Translations under genes and position numbers: made by a program
The notes under the pieces: model-generated
What the model saw: only the letters and a program-made list of their open reading frames with translations
What the model was told of the DNA's origin: nothing
Database searches by the model: none
Shown here: piece after piece, positions 27,793-41,799 of the stretch
How the letters are laid out: every line of letters starts with the position of its first letter
Numbering within the stretch: the stretch's first letter is position 1
Assembly (NCBI RefSeq): GCF_026210795.1
Contig: NC_089429.1
Coordinates: forward strand, 1,674,001 to 1,738,000
Length of the DNA: 64,000 nt
From: Rhizophagus irregularis
Taxonomy: Eukaryota
Direction: 5' to 3'

Positions 27793-29320
27793 TTAATTCT
27801 TAAAAATTAAGTTATCCGCAAAACTATAAAAGTTTATCATAACGTTTATAACCTTTAAAATGTTGTCTCTAATAATAACGCCAAAAGGCCCAAGTGGTGT
27901 GGAAATCTTAAACGTGTCATTTCTAGATTTTAATACATCAGCAGATGTTCGTTTTAACATTTCTTTATCATATTCTTCAATAAAAGAAATATTATCATCA
28001 GTATATTTAAGTAATGCTTGAGAAAGTTTATCAACATCTTGAATAGCATTATTTGCTCCTAATCCTAATATAGGACTCATAGCATGAGCAGCATCTCCTA
28101 ATAATACGACTCGACTACTTGACCATGATTTTATAGACATTGGATCAATATCTCGCATCATTCTTCATTGTATAGGATTATAAGTTTTAAATGGAAACTT
28201 TATTGGATCATTTGGAATTGTTTTAGGTGCCAAGTCCCATAATTCTAACAATAAATTAGTCAATTCACAATCTGGTCTTAATGTTCGAATTAATCGTTTA
28301 ACATGTTCGATGACTGATGAAGGATCATTATCATCAACTTTAACTTTTTCAGATTCAACATTATCCAATTCGGAGGTATAAGAATAAACTAATGTTGCTC
28401 TATAATGAGGTTCATTTTTTTCATCATTTTGTTCTTGTTTGATTGGTATTAAGCGTATCATCATAAATGTTGAATCTCCTTTTGTTCCAAGAGTTTTACG
28501 AGCCAAAACATTTCCATGGATTTTATTTGCCTTGTCCATAAGATGTTTAGGTATAGAAATATCTGCACCAACATGGGTTATTCCATAATTAACAATTTGT
28601 AATTCAGGTAATTTTTGTTTTCATACTAATAAAAAAAAAATGTTTGTTATTTAAATTAAAAATTATGGACATTACATAAAAATATCTACTAACTTACTTG
28701 GAGAATTAATTCTGTCCGCACCAACTAAAATATTACAAAATTCTTGCGTACCATCTTCAAAAGATACCCAAACTCCTTCTTTAGTTTCTAAATATTCAAT
28801 ACATTTTTTATTCCATTGTACTGGTACATCTTCTAATAAAACATCTCTAAGTCTATCACGATAAGTGATCATTGATGATAGACCACGAGATATTTTTGCA
28901 AGATCGTAAACATCTTTAAATGGTTTAGTTGGAGGAGCAAGTAGAACATTTCCTACTTGATCAGTGATAATTATTCCATGAGTTTCTACATCAGGAACTG
29001 GATTTGGCATTGCTTTTGGAAGATTTGCAGCGATTGAGGATGGAATACAGTTTAAAAGAGATTGAGCTCCATAATTGGATAATCCTATATGATATCCTTG
29101 CCATCGATCTAACACGTGAAGATACGAGTTAGTTAACGTTGTTAACGTAATATTCAATTAAGAATTAGAAATTTATTATACCTGTAGGACTAGATTCACG
29201 TTCAAAGATTTTTACGTTGAATTCTTTTTTGTCCTTGTTCTTTATCAAAGCATGATAGAGAGAAAGTCCTCCTAAACCTGCACCGACAATAATTATCGTT
29301 GGAATTTTATCTTGTTGCAT
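27793..29320 (-). pseudogene. FAD-dependent monooxygenase (aromatic hydroxylase / zeaxanthin-epoxidase-like) with two nonsense codons
   Basis: ATG at 29320: MQQDKIPTIIIVGAGLGGL (GxGxxG). Also LVGADRINSP (normally GADG) and VVLLGDAAHAMSPILGLGANNAIQD (GD motif). Two introns. In-frame TGA at 28621-28623 and 28165-28167. Confidence 0.85.
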
Positions 29321-31044
29321 TATTAATAATATTTGTATAAAATTCGGAGAGTAGATAAAAAAGAATTATTATGATGTTTAAAAAATTGTTTGAATAATTT
29401 TCTAATATATTTTAATGTATCTTAGATTTTGTTCTGAAAAAATCGAAAAACATTTTTCTAATGGATTTATTTATAAAAAAAAAAATCATTGCCAAGAAAA
29501 CAAACGAAACGTAAACTTTATTACTGCGTTAATGGTGTAACGACGTTTTAGTATATTCGAATGGTCTATCAAGCATAATTTAACCATTGCCGATATTTAT
29601 CCGATATTCTGTTATTCCTGTTTCACGAACGGAATTCCGGGATGCCTTAAGCACGCCACAATGCCACATGCCAAGTCGGATGTAACGTTCATTCTTACAA
29701 TGTGTAACAAAATATGATCATTACTCATTTAACTAAACACATTCGTCGAATTTAACCGAAATTTTACCAAAAACTTTTATAATTTCGTCGGAAAATTATT
29801 TACCGAAAAATTTTACCAAGAATTATTTATTTTTTTACAAGAAATGTAATGTAACTTAATGTGATAATCATATTACTCATTGTGACAACCGAAAATTCCT
29901 TGTACTTTATCACTGTAAATAATAACCTTCATTATGAACTTTATTCAATAAATAATTACTAGGCATTTTTTCATACAGTTACCAGTTTTTATTCGTTATT
30001 AATTATATCTATATATGATTTTATTTATACCATATTTACAATTTCATGACCACAATATATAAATTTTCTAAACTGGTTATAAAAGAAAAAAATTTGAATT
30101 TAAGTTTAAAAGATAAAGCGGCATAATTTATAATAATCATTAGTGTCAATATTAATAAAGAACGAATGTATAACTAAAATTAATCGTAATGAAATTTTCA
30201 TATAATATTAAAATTTAAAAGTTGTTTCATCTCATGTAAGCATGTAAGTATTTAGCTAATAGCAAGATTCAACTTTTCAAGTTGATGATATTGAATTATT
30301 TAGACCCATTTGAAAATAAATATATATATGTATCATTTATGTTACTGTATAAATTTTTTAAGTTGATGTAAAAATAGATTTATTTTTTTTAGAATAATTA
30401 TAATAATAAAAATTAATTTCTTTTCTTTCTTTCGCCGAAGGTTGAGAATGTTTATATCGACATCGATACTGAAATTAACTACATAGTTATTATATATTAT
30501 TTTAAATTCACGAGAAGTTCCGAATGCATTAAATCAGAATTAATTTATTGCTTTTTGGAAATATTGCAGTTAAAATATGCTATATTAACTGATATATATA
30601 CAGTATATAGTCAAACGGGTTTGTATAAAATGCAAAAAAAATTTTTTTTTATATCGTTATTCAAATAGTTTTTTTCCATTTTTCTTTGCGTTTCTCCTTT
30701 TTCTTTTTTTCGAATACTTTCTGTAGTACAATAGTAAATTCTTAAAATTCCATACATATAGAAGATCTAATTCCAGTCTTTCCATAGCACAAACAGAAAG
30801 TTCTATATTTTAACAAGTGGTATTATAATAAACAAAAAAAAAAATCAGAAAAAAAAAATTGTTATAAATAAGAATAAGAATTTCTTTCTCGTATCATTAT
30901 TTTTTTTAGAAAATATAATAAAATATATTATTTATACCAACAAAAATATATATAACAACAAAAAATATATTATTTATACCAATAAAAAAAATATATATAT
31001 TTTTTTTATATCAACAAATAAAATATATCAATACAACAGCAAAT

Positions 31045-31733
31045 ATGTCAACAGAGCCTTGTTTTACTGAAGAGGTGTATATTTAAATATTTGTATATAT
31101 ATATTTTTTGTTATTCAATTATTATTTATTTAACCTCAAAAAAAAAAAAAATCCTTACTGTATGTAGATCGATAATGTTATCATAGATTGCATGGTAAAT
31201 CAAGGATATGAAACCCTATATCCGAATAACTATTTCGTGGAGATTGAAAAAGTAATTCCTGAATATAAAGCCAAAAGAATTAGGCAGCGGTGAGTTATTG
31301 AACTTTTAATAATTTAATTTACTTTAATTTAATTTATTTATTATTTTTTTATTATTTAGCTGGATAGATAAACTCAAGCCTGGACGTAAGTAATATTTTA
31401 AATTTTCTTTTAAAATAATAATAAATAATAACAATAATAATAATTTTAACCCTTTCAGTTAATCACGACCCTCTTAACAAGGAAGAAAAAGAATTTGTCG
31501 TCCAATGGATTAAAAAGAACCTAGGCCCGAATGATTCTTTTAAATGGAAAGATTTAATCTCCGATATGGAAGAAGAATTCCATACATTGCGTCCTGATAA
31601 TATACCAAAAAACTATTGGTATGCGTTAAAAAGAAACCTTCTATCCAAGATCACTCATAATGAAGAGTTAACTCCTTTGCAAATTTTAAGCTTGTTATCT
31701 CCAAATCCCCAGTTAACTGAGTTAACTGGTTAA
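31045..31733 (+). CDS. Myb/SANT-like two-repeat DNA-binding protein, 4 exons (absent from ORF track)
   Basis: Exons 31045-31074, 31168-31289, 31360-31385 and 31459-31733 join in frame through GT-AG introns: MSTEPCFTEEIDNVIIDCM...YKAKRIRQRWIDKLKPGLNHDPLNKEEKEFVVQWI...KWKDL...RPDNIPKNYWY, resembling an R2R3 Myb pattern. Confidence 0.8.
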
Positions 31734-34700
31734 TAATAAACAATCCAAATTTGGATAAATAAGAATTTATATTATCTGTTATTATCATTATTATTATTTA
31801 AAAATACAAAAAAAAATGTTCTGTTTTAATTTTCTATTATTTATTTCCTCATCCATTTTTAGTAAGAACTTATTACAGATAACTTTATTAATTTAAAGAA
31901 AATTGAGTGTACCGAAGTAAATTGTAATTTTATCGTGCATCATTAAATTATAGTATATTGCAAAGTCAAATAAAGTTAATAAAAAATAGTATAAAGTCTA
32001 TTTTTGTGTGCACTTTGATGCACAGTCATACACGTCACGGCACGTCAGCACGTGCATCGTGCGTGTATAGCATGGTCATGCACCCAATGCCATTACCTGG
32101 GGGCCCTTATGGTTTTTAATAATTAGAGCTATGGTAATAAACTAATAATTTGGCGCAATGGTCGCTCGTTAATATATAAGTTTCCATTATTTTGTATGAA
32201 AATAAAAATGGTTAAAAATGAATTTTATAAGACATGTTACATAATCTACTATTAATAAAAACTTTTAATTAAATATAAGTAATTTTATGGGGGTTTAGGA
32301 ATATCAGGGGTTTTTCCCTTCGGGAAAAAAACCATGGTATTCCGCCCACATCACCACATTGAAGTTATACCCAGGAGTGTGTGACTTATGATCACTATTA
32401 CTATCACGTGTACAATCATTATTTATACTTTTTTAAACTTTAAACTTTGTAAGCTAAAAATATCCAAAAAAATATTTACATATATCATTAGGGAAATTAC
32501 GATGCTCTATATCATAAGTCACACTTAGTTCGACGGGGTATAACGCAAATAATTTTATGTCAAAAGTCTCTTAATTATAATTTATGTTAAATAAATAAGT
32601 AAATCTATATTTTAACTTATAAAACTTTTGAGTTAAACTATAATTTGGCTCATTGTTCAAAATCTAAAATATTTATTGCATGAAATATACTTAAGATTGA
32701 TTTACTGGAAATAAAATATATCCATTGGTTAATGTCTTAGTCAATTTACATCAGAATCTTAAAGAAATATAATATGAGTTTCTGTATTATAACAATTAGA
32801 ACTTTTAAATGATAATGTGAAGGAAAATTTTCATGTTCAGAAAATTCAACTGATATTTTTAAAGATTCTTTGTGACCCAATTATTTTATGATAAATATGT
32901 CACATTAAATATTTATAAGTGAAATATGAGAAAATGAATATTTGTAATTATTGTATCAAAATTAAATCTAAATTTTGGTATTTAAATGATTCAAATGGTC
33001 CGAAAATGTCATCAAAATAAACAACAGTCATCATAATGAGCCCAATTTCATAACAGATAAGTAAAGTATGTAAAATAATTTATTTTCAATTAATATTCTA
33101 AATAATGACTCTAATTAACCTTGTAGGATTCAATCTGATAAACTTTTCAATAGAAGAAATAATATTAATTCCAAGTATTTAAGAATATTTAAGAAAATAT
33201 TATTTATTTCAGTCATACCGTTTATGTGTATGTTTAATAAACGATAATTTTAGTAGCAAGGTTAATGTTTTGGCGAAACCAAAAATCTAAATTCAAACCG
33301 TTTCATTTTTCGTGTGGTAAAATCCGAGCTTTTCGATAAAGCGAAAGCTTATTGGATCACGTGATACAATAAAGTTGACCAATTGAATCAAGGCTTTAAA
33401 GTCACGAAATGCCGTTCATTTTCTAGTTTATCAGTAAAAAAAATTTTTAGAAAACATTATATTTGGACTAATGCTCCAAATATGTTTCATTCGAGAAATA
33501 ACTTTATTGGGTGTTATTAAGTTCTGGTAAGAAGTAAAACATGTTAATGCTCAAAAAGTCTTATTAGTACTTTTATCTTGTCAAACGAGCAGATCATAAT
33601 CTTTTTTATTTTGTAAGACTAATAAACCATTATATAACTTAATTACTTTGTAAATTTCTCATTTAATAAAGGTTTATTATATCAATAAAGCTTTATTCAA
33701 TTTTATTTTATTTAGTTAATAAGTTTTGACTGGTTACATCAATTTTGATAAGTTTCATCAGTATCGGCATGTGTGGAATTTCAGAAATTTAAAAATCTGT
33801 CATAAAGTGGGTTTGCCAAGTTTCGGAATCGACCCTCTCATATTCGCCTATATACTAAGCAGAGTTCATTGAAAACGGGCCTTTCTCATATTTCATATTA
33901 CCATAATGGAATTCATAATTTATTAACAACTGAAATTATACATGATGAAAATATTGGTAAATCAAAAATCATTTTTGACCATGTCATATTATTAACGTGA
34001 AATGAAAAAATAGAAAGCTAAAATCACACCAAAATGTGCAAATTTATCCACTTTTCAGACTCGTTAATCACAAAATTATGATGTAGTTTAAAAATGATCC
34101 ATTTATTGCGCCTGCGAGCAGATTTGTGTTAACTACACATTTTTTAGATTATAGTGCAGCAAGTAACAAATGCCAATATTGGTACATTATAAATTATCTA
34201 ATTGATCCATCATTAATATATTTTATATGTGAACTTCGAGCGACATGATTTAAATAACTTTAAAAAGTATCTACTAAAAAGTGAACAAAGGACGGATTAC
34301 GATTGTTGTTAATTTTCAATGCAAAACTTACTTTGATTCACGAATTATTATCACAATACCTTAGGGAGTAATTTCATGCAGAATTTAACTAATCTTGACA
34401 GTGTGAATATTTAATCGTTATCCGGCGATAGCCACCGCAAATTAGACCGCAGGCAATAACATTATCTAAAAAAAAACCGAATATTATTATCAAACATTAA
34501 TTTAAAGTATCAAATGTCAATGTCGATTTTTAATACTCTAATAAAATATCGTGTTATTACTATTTTGTTTTTTTTTTGTTAACCGATCAAAATATTTTAT
34601 TCGCTTATAGTAGTATTGGGATTACAGATACTATTCATAACTAAGCTCGTAGCGAAAAAATATTTGTTTAGATATTAATGAATCTAGGTTTTAGGTTAAA

Positions 34701-35221
34701 AATTCTAAACTTCATAAATTTTGTTTTATGAAATGTTTATCTGAAAACATAAATGGTTTCTTCCTTTGTTTTAATTAAATTTTTTTTTTCGATCTCTCAA
34801 TTTTAATAACCGCACCAAATTATTACTTAAATTTCTTCCAACAACAAACACTAACATTAAATACTAGTCATTAATCATGGCTTCTGGATATAACAGCAAT
34901 TGAACTTTAAGCCATAATCTTTGTGCTTCTATAAGTTTCAGATGACAATCAAAGAATTGATTTTGAAAAGTTACTTTGACTTCATTACAAAAAGTGTATG
35001 TACTGCGGACTATCATTTTTGAATTTCAGTTCTTGTCATATTTATGTGTTGACACATGTAAATTTTTGGTTTTGACTTTATTTAAATTTAAAATTTTAAA
35101 ATAATTCTTAAAAAATATCATGCAAATTGATATAAATACAGCAAAAAATTAATAGCCAATTTATATATAGTAACTTTCAATGTTAAATTTTTCGTGATAA
35201 ATATAAATTTAATAAGCTAAA

Positions 35222-38033
35222 TTATTTTTGACAACATTCATCATCCAAATTATCAACTTTAATATATTTTCCTATTTTAGTTAAAAAAAAAAATATTATA
35301 AAATTGTTGGCGTGAAAAACTATAGATACTATTTATTATGTGCATAAATAAAAAGTTTACTTACTATTTTTTTGAGTTTCATTCGTTTCGTTCTTTAATT
35401 CTTCAAAATTACGCTTTCTTGAAGAATTTGCGGATACAGTTAAGCTATGAGTAGCGGAAGTCAGTGTTCGGAAATGACCTGGTCATTTGACCATTTAAAT
35501 GATTTATGAAATCATTTGTCATTATTCATAATCATTTGTCATTTGGTCATTTCAATCATTTGATTTTGATTGGCTAATATTTATCACATAAATAATCATG
35601 TGACTATAATTAAAAAATAATGAATGTAGTGTAGGCAAAAATCATAATGCTGGCCAAAATTACATTCAAATGACCAAGATCATTTGTCATTTGATCATTG
35701 AAATAACATTTCATTTGTCATTTATCATTTGAATCATTTGGTCATTTCAAGTCATTTGCCGAACACTGGCGGAAGTTGTATTTTGTGTGAATGAACTAAA
35801 AAATATATGAAAATTACTATTTGTTTTATACTATTAGCAATTTACATACAATTAAATATTAATCAATTACCTTTGAATATTATTTATATCAAATTCATAT
35901 TCTTTTGTAATATATCCTAAAAATTAATAAAAGATATCCAAGTTAAATATAAATTTAAAGAAGTAAATTCAATTATTAGTATTATCTGATCGTCTAATTA
36001 ATGCTTCAAGATTTTCATTAATGGCTAATTATTACTTAATAATATAACATACCTTGTTTGACATTAAATGAGATCATTGAAGAAGAATTTATAGTAGAAG
36101 CTTTAGAAATCAATGAACTTAATGCTCTACTTGTAAAAATTGCTTTTGGATGAGGGTTTTCGCTAAATTCGAAACCAAGTTGCTTTAATTGTATTAATTC
36201 CAATCTTTTTTTTTCAGCTTGTTTAAATGTTTCGACTTTATCAAACCGACAAAGATATTCGTGAATAGAACGCTTGACTTCACCAATAGTTGGTCTTTTT
36301 AAAGGGTCAGAATCCCAACATTTTTTCATTAAATTTGCAAAACATTCAGGGGTATCATTTGTAATTTCAGGGCGTTTTCCATCAATAATTTTATAAATAA
36401 GTTCAACATTGTGTTCAATATTAGCAAAAGGTTTACAACCTTTTGTAATTTCCCACATAATCATACCAAAACCATATACATCAGATTCTTTTGAAAATGC
36501 AGCACCTTTGAATATTTCTGGTGCAATATAAGGTATTACTCCATATATTTCATTATTTGATAATGTATTATTCGCAGGTTGTGATAACCCTAAGTCTCCA
36601 ATTTTCCATTGTTGAGAACTTAATAGCATATTTCCACTATGAATATCTCGATGTATAAAATTATTATTATGAATATTTCGCAATCTAAAATGAAACATTT
36701 AATTGTTAATAAACTAATTGTAAATATAGAAAATAGATTAATTCATTAAAATATACAATAAATACCCATATGATATTCCATTTAAAATACACAATTTGTC
36801 GTTCCATCTAAGATTTATAAAGTACTTTTGCAAATAATCATGCAAATTTCCACCTTCTGCATAATTCAATATTAACATGTATTCTTTTGTTATAGGATCT
36901 TGTGTAATGCCATGACAGCCAATAACATTAAAATTGTAATCATAACATTGATAAAGCGATCTTAGCTAAAGAATTAATAAGTCAATTATTACAATAAGTA
37001 TTAAAAAACACATTACAAGTATATAAAATGTAAATATTACCTCATTTAGAAAATGCTTACTGATATTTTGTGAATCACGTAATTTTTTTACAGCAACATC
37101 AGTTCTTCCCCAAGTCGCTTTATAAATAATACTGAATCCTCCTTCTGCTATTTTCTTTAAATTCGTAACTTGAGAATATGGAATCCACACTATTCCTTTG
37201 GTTGGAGGTTTATTACGAATAAACGAATACACTTCATATGGACTGCGAATTGGATTTCTTATACAAATAGAACCGTAAAATTTTGTAGGTTCAAGAAAAT
37301 CAAGTAATTCATCTATAATACAATTTCCACTTCTAATATCTGTAATATCAATTCTAATGAATGAAATTCTTCTGCATTTCTTACATTGAGATTGATCTGC
37401 AATTCCAAAAATTATATTTGTTGTTAAACAATACCTACATCCAGTATAAATTATAAAGCAACGTGAACACCATTTTTGACAATAAGATTTTGACTCTTGG
37501 TGTATATATTTAAATTCTTTATAACAAACTATACATTGGTTACAACTATCCCACCATGGTAAATATAGGGTCGGAATGAACTTTTTATTCAAAGTTGATT
37601 CTACCCATCCAGAAGAAGCCTGATAATCTGACCGATTCTTGTAATTACAAATTTCGCATTCAGCATTATAAATGTGCAAACAATTTGAATTTTTTGTTAA
37701 TACTTGTGTAAAATATAAAATCTCCGAACAATATTCACACCATTCTTGAATGATTGTTGTATTAAAATTATTTCTAGTTGCTTTATGTTTAATACACTGA
37801 GAATTATTTGTATTTATATGTGCATCCAAGTATGTATTATTGCCTGTTATATATTGAACATACCAAAATAAACAATTTTTGCAATATTTTTGCTCAAACA
37901 TGAGTGTCTTGGAGTATTTAATTCCACAATAATCACATTTTTCCTCATCGTTTTTAAAAGGAATAAATAAAACAGGTACAGGACTAGATTTTAACTTTCG
38001 TGTAGGATCAAATGGATTATTATCTGTGTTCAT
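35222..38033 (-). CDS. TKL-like kinase with Cys-rich N-terminus (paralog of 2875-5358); 3' tail exon interrupted by a MITE
   Basis: ORFs 36966-38048 and 36036-36698 plus intervening exons: AEGGFSIIY, VAVKKL, HRDIHSGN, IGDLGL, YIAPE. Small 3' exons follow the same layout as the 2875 locus. Confidence 0.85.
35462..35768. mobile_element. hAT-type MITE (307 bp)
   Basis: TIRs CAGTGTTCGG-AAATGAC / GTCATTTGCCGAACACTG; exact 8-bp TSD GCGGAAGT at 35454-35461 and 35769-35776; internal TCATTTG repeats. Confidence 0.92.
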
Positions 38034-38750
38034 GATGTTGTATTTCAAGAAAATAGTTTATAAAAGTTAAATGTAAAATTATAAAGCAATATTTATATTT
38101 TATGAAGATACAATAAAAATTGAAATTCTACAGAACTTTTCTTTAAAGAATCAAGGATATTCTATATAGAAATTCTATAATTATGCATGTTGAAAATCAT
38201 GCAGAAAACCTGTACTACCAATCTGAAATCATGTGATTTAGGAAAATTGTTGACGATCAAATTTTTTTTTTTTTGACGAACTCAAAAGATAATTTTTTTA
38301 GAAAATATTCAACACTGACAAAAAATTTTTTTTCTTTTTTGGATACTTTCTTTTAAATTCACAGTATAAAATCTTCTTGGATTTAAGAATATCATTCAAT
38401 AAATACATTGCTCGTAACAAGATTATTACATTATCTGTTAAATGCGAAGATCAATAATCATCATTTACTGTATTAAGTCTTACGAACATTACATAACTCT
38501 AGAGGAGGGGATTGTTTTTTTAAATTATGAACGTTAATAGATATTAATAACGTTCCACATCCTTTATTTGATATTATTATGAAAATTTTGCAGATTATTA
38601 ATAACTGTGTACAATGTACATGATTTGTATATGTATATTTTCCTGTGACTTCTCGATTATGTACATCATGCGCATTTTTGTTCTTTAATCAAATATTATT
38701 AATACATATATATCATTAAAATAAAAAATCATTTACATATAATTAAACTA

Positions 38751-39933
38751 GTTACGGGACATTTCACCGAAAAATAGGGTCGACATTATGCATCCCGATA
38801 TCAATAAATTTTTATTTAAAAAATTATTTTCATAAAATGTACCACGTCTATGGACAATTTCCCGAAGGACAATTTCCCGATATCGAAATTCGTACACATC
38901 ATGCGTATTTAATCTTTTTATTTAAAAAAATTGTCTTTTAATGAGCGAGTTACAAGTTATTTATTTAATTCTATAATTGCATATAAATATCCAACACATG
39001 TCGAAAGATCGACCAAATCTTAAGCAGATAATAAAAATTCCAATATATACACCTCCATCTTTGGCATGAAATTCATCCAACATTTTTCTGAAATACAACA
39101 TAGTGATTGGCCTTATTATGTCTCCTATTGAAGGTAAATACTTCATACAATTAATTTTCACCAAAGTAAATTTTTTTATTCTTATGTATACAGTATGTAT
39201 TATGCAGGCCATACAGTTTGGGACCACAATAAAATGTGGATAGGTACATATGGCGAAGCTTACATCACCATAAATGGAAGTGAAGTGCAAGGCAAAGGTT
39301 CATGGGCTCACCATGGTTTTCATATGATGTATATGATACCATAAAAGACTACTACCTAACATTCTCTGTCGAAGGTACAACTCAAGATGATAATCATCGT
39401 GGACCATTCACGAATCATAGGGATTATGAATGGAAGTTCACTGGTAGTGTAGATAAATGGGCATACACCGGCTATCCTAGTAATATCTCCCCTTTATCTC
39501 TTTACTCTATGTAATATTTTCATATTAGTCATAATTATGTAATCACTAAGTAATTTAATTTTACCAAGATACATCACCCCACTCGTAGCTATTTATAAGA
39601 TATATTTTATTGTTGAAATTTTCCCGAAATCAAAATGTAACCTTAAGTTGAGTATAGTATTTAACAATAACACATTATGAATCTTTAAATTTTAATTGGT
39701 TTTTATTAATATATCATCTGTTTGTAAAACAATATTTTATTGAGTAAAAATAATTATCATTAATATCTAATACTTTTAAATATAAATTAAGATTTCGTTA
39801 ACGTTAATTTCATTTACAATATTTCCGTAATTTATTTGGGAAAAGGTCTATTCAGGGAATTTGTCTTGTCGGGAAATTGTTGTCGGAAAAAGGTTGCGTC
39901 TGAAAAATGGATGTCGGGAAATCGTACCGTAAC
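38751..39933. mobile_element. TIR element with subterminal repeats enclosing a gene-like fragment
   Basis: Ends GTTACGGGACATTTC / GAAATCGTACCGTAAC. Subterminal GGACAATTTCCCGA copies on the left and TCGGGAAATTGT-like copies on the right. No clear TSD seen. Confidence 0.55.
39066..39514 (+). pseudogene. Degenerate small secreted-protein-like gene
   Basis: MKF start, frameshifted hydrophobic leader (NIVIGLIMSPIE), a GTAAAT...CAG intron, then DYYLTFSVEGTTQDDNHRGPFTNHRDYEWKFTGSVDKW; several frameshifts. Confidence 0.4.
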
Positions 39934-39943
39934 CTACAAATTA

Positions 39944-40132
39944 CCGTAAAGTCACGAATATAAGCAACCTTTTTTTGTTACAGGGTGCTTATATTTGGGT
40001 AAATTTATATATTTGGTATATTGTAGTATTGGCCAAAATTATCATAGTGTTGGTCAAGGGTGCTTACTTTCGGGTAATATAAAAATCTGGGGGTGCTTAC
40101 ATTCGGGGGTGCTTATAATCGGGACTTTACGG
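39944..40132. mobile_element. Tc1/pogo-type MITE (189 bp)
   Basis: TA-flanked TIRs CCGTAAAGTCACGAATATAAGCA / TGCTTATAATCGGGACTTTACGG; internal GGGTGCTTA repeats. Confidence 0.85.
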
Positions 40133-41799
40133 TAAGTAATTTCATGTGCTTTACTGGATAGTTTTAACTATTGTTTTTTCTCTTTGCATATACATGAAAG
40201 TTTATAACTTACATTTTTGGGATCCTTTTAAAAGTATGGACAAATATATAATTTTAATAACAAGAATACATGTAATTTTGCACAAGGACCACCACAAAAA
40301 AATTATTTCTCCCACGAACTTTCTTTTTAAAAATCTATTAAATAATAAAAAAAAATTCGATATTTTAAAGAAACTAAGTGTTTATAAATTTTATAATATT
40401 AATTTTAACACTTTAGTTAAGTAAACAAGACTTGGGTGACTAATAAAAATCATTTAACAAGTATTGAAAACACATGTTTTAATTTTTATTAAATTTAAAT
40501 ACATTTATTTTTTCATTTTTGTTATGCTATTTTGAATATTTATTTATGAATTAGTGTTTTTTAATTTTGAAACTATTTCATTAAAACTAGCTGGGCCGCC
40601 CTTACTAAGAGTATGATATATATCATAAACTTTAACACTTATTTGCAGAAACAAAAGTATTGGTATTTGGTAAGATATAATTTAATTTTCATTTGAAATA
40701 AATAAATAATTTAATTTATTGTTTTTTTACATTTCGATTTAATAATCTTGTAATTAGCCTTAAAAGAAGAAATATTATGAATTTTTTTTTGCAATTTATA
40801 AAAAACAACATTTAACGATTTTTTTTAAAAAAAAAATTTTCGGTTTCTAACCATACTGTAGTAAACTTCATATAGAACGTATATTATAAATTTATATTTG
40901 TTATAATTAAATATCCAAAATAAAAAATTATTCAATAAAATTTATTTCACATGATTAAAAACATCGATATTTCAAATCAAATTTATGTCCACATATTTTT
41001 TTTTTTAATAAATCAATTCGTGTAATATATATAATTTTTTTTAATAAATCAACTTATATAATATATATTTTAATAAGTAAATTCGTATATTTAATAATAT
41101 AATGTTTTTTAATATTTAATATAATATTTTTTAATAAATAAATTTAATAAATTCGGGGTATATATTTGTTTTCAGATATATATTTTTTAATAAAATATTG
41201 ATATATATTTTTAATAATTTTTTTTTTTTTTTAATAAAATTCAGATATATATTTATACATGTATATATTTATATTTTGACCAGGTTCATTTAAGAACGTT
41301 TAAATTCTTCAATATATTTAGCTTCCTTCAATTCCTATTATAAATTATAATTAATCACAAAAATTGGCGAATAATAAATATTTCCTTGATGTTAATATAT
41401 GGTTAGCTCTCGGATTTTCAACCGGATCATGCTGCAGATCATCAATTTTTTTTTTTCTATATAAGTGACCATTGTTCATAATATTGATATCGTTTATCAA
41501 TTTTTTTTTTTTAAAAAAAAAAATCCTCAATATCATTATCTCAATATCTGAATTAGAAACTTTTCTAAAAAAAGCTGAAGAAAACTAACGCAAAGACAAT
41601 GGAAAAGCTACAAAACTTCAGCTGAAGGAATAAACAGATTGTGGAATATATATAAAAGTTCAATATTATAAAATGCTCCCATTAACTATATAGCGTGATC
41701 TGTATATGGTGTCAACATATTACGAGGGTTGTAGAGGGTCAAAATGATAAAATGTATTACAAGAGTCAAAACATATTACAAGACAATACAAGCTTGCTC

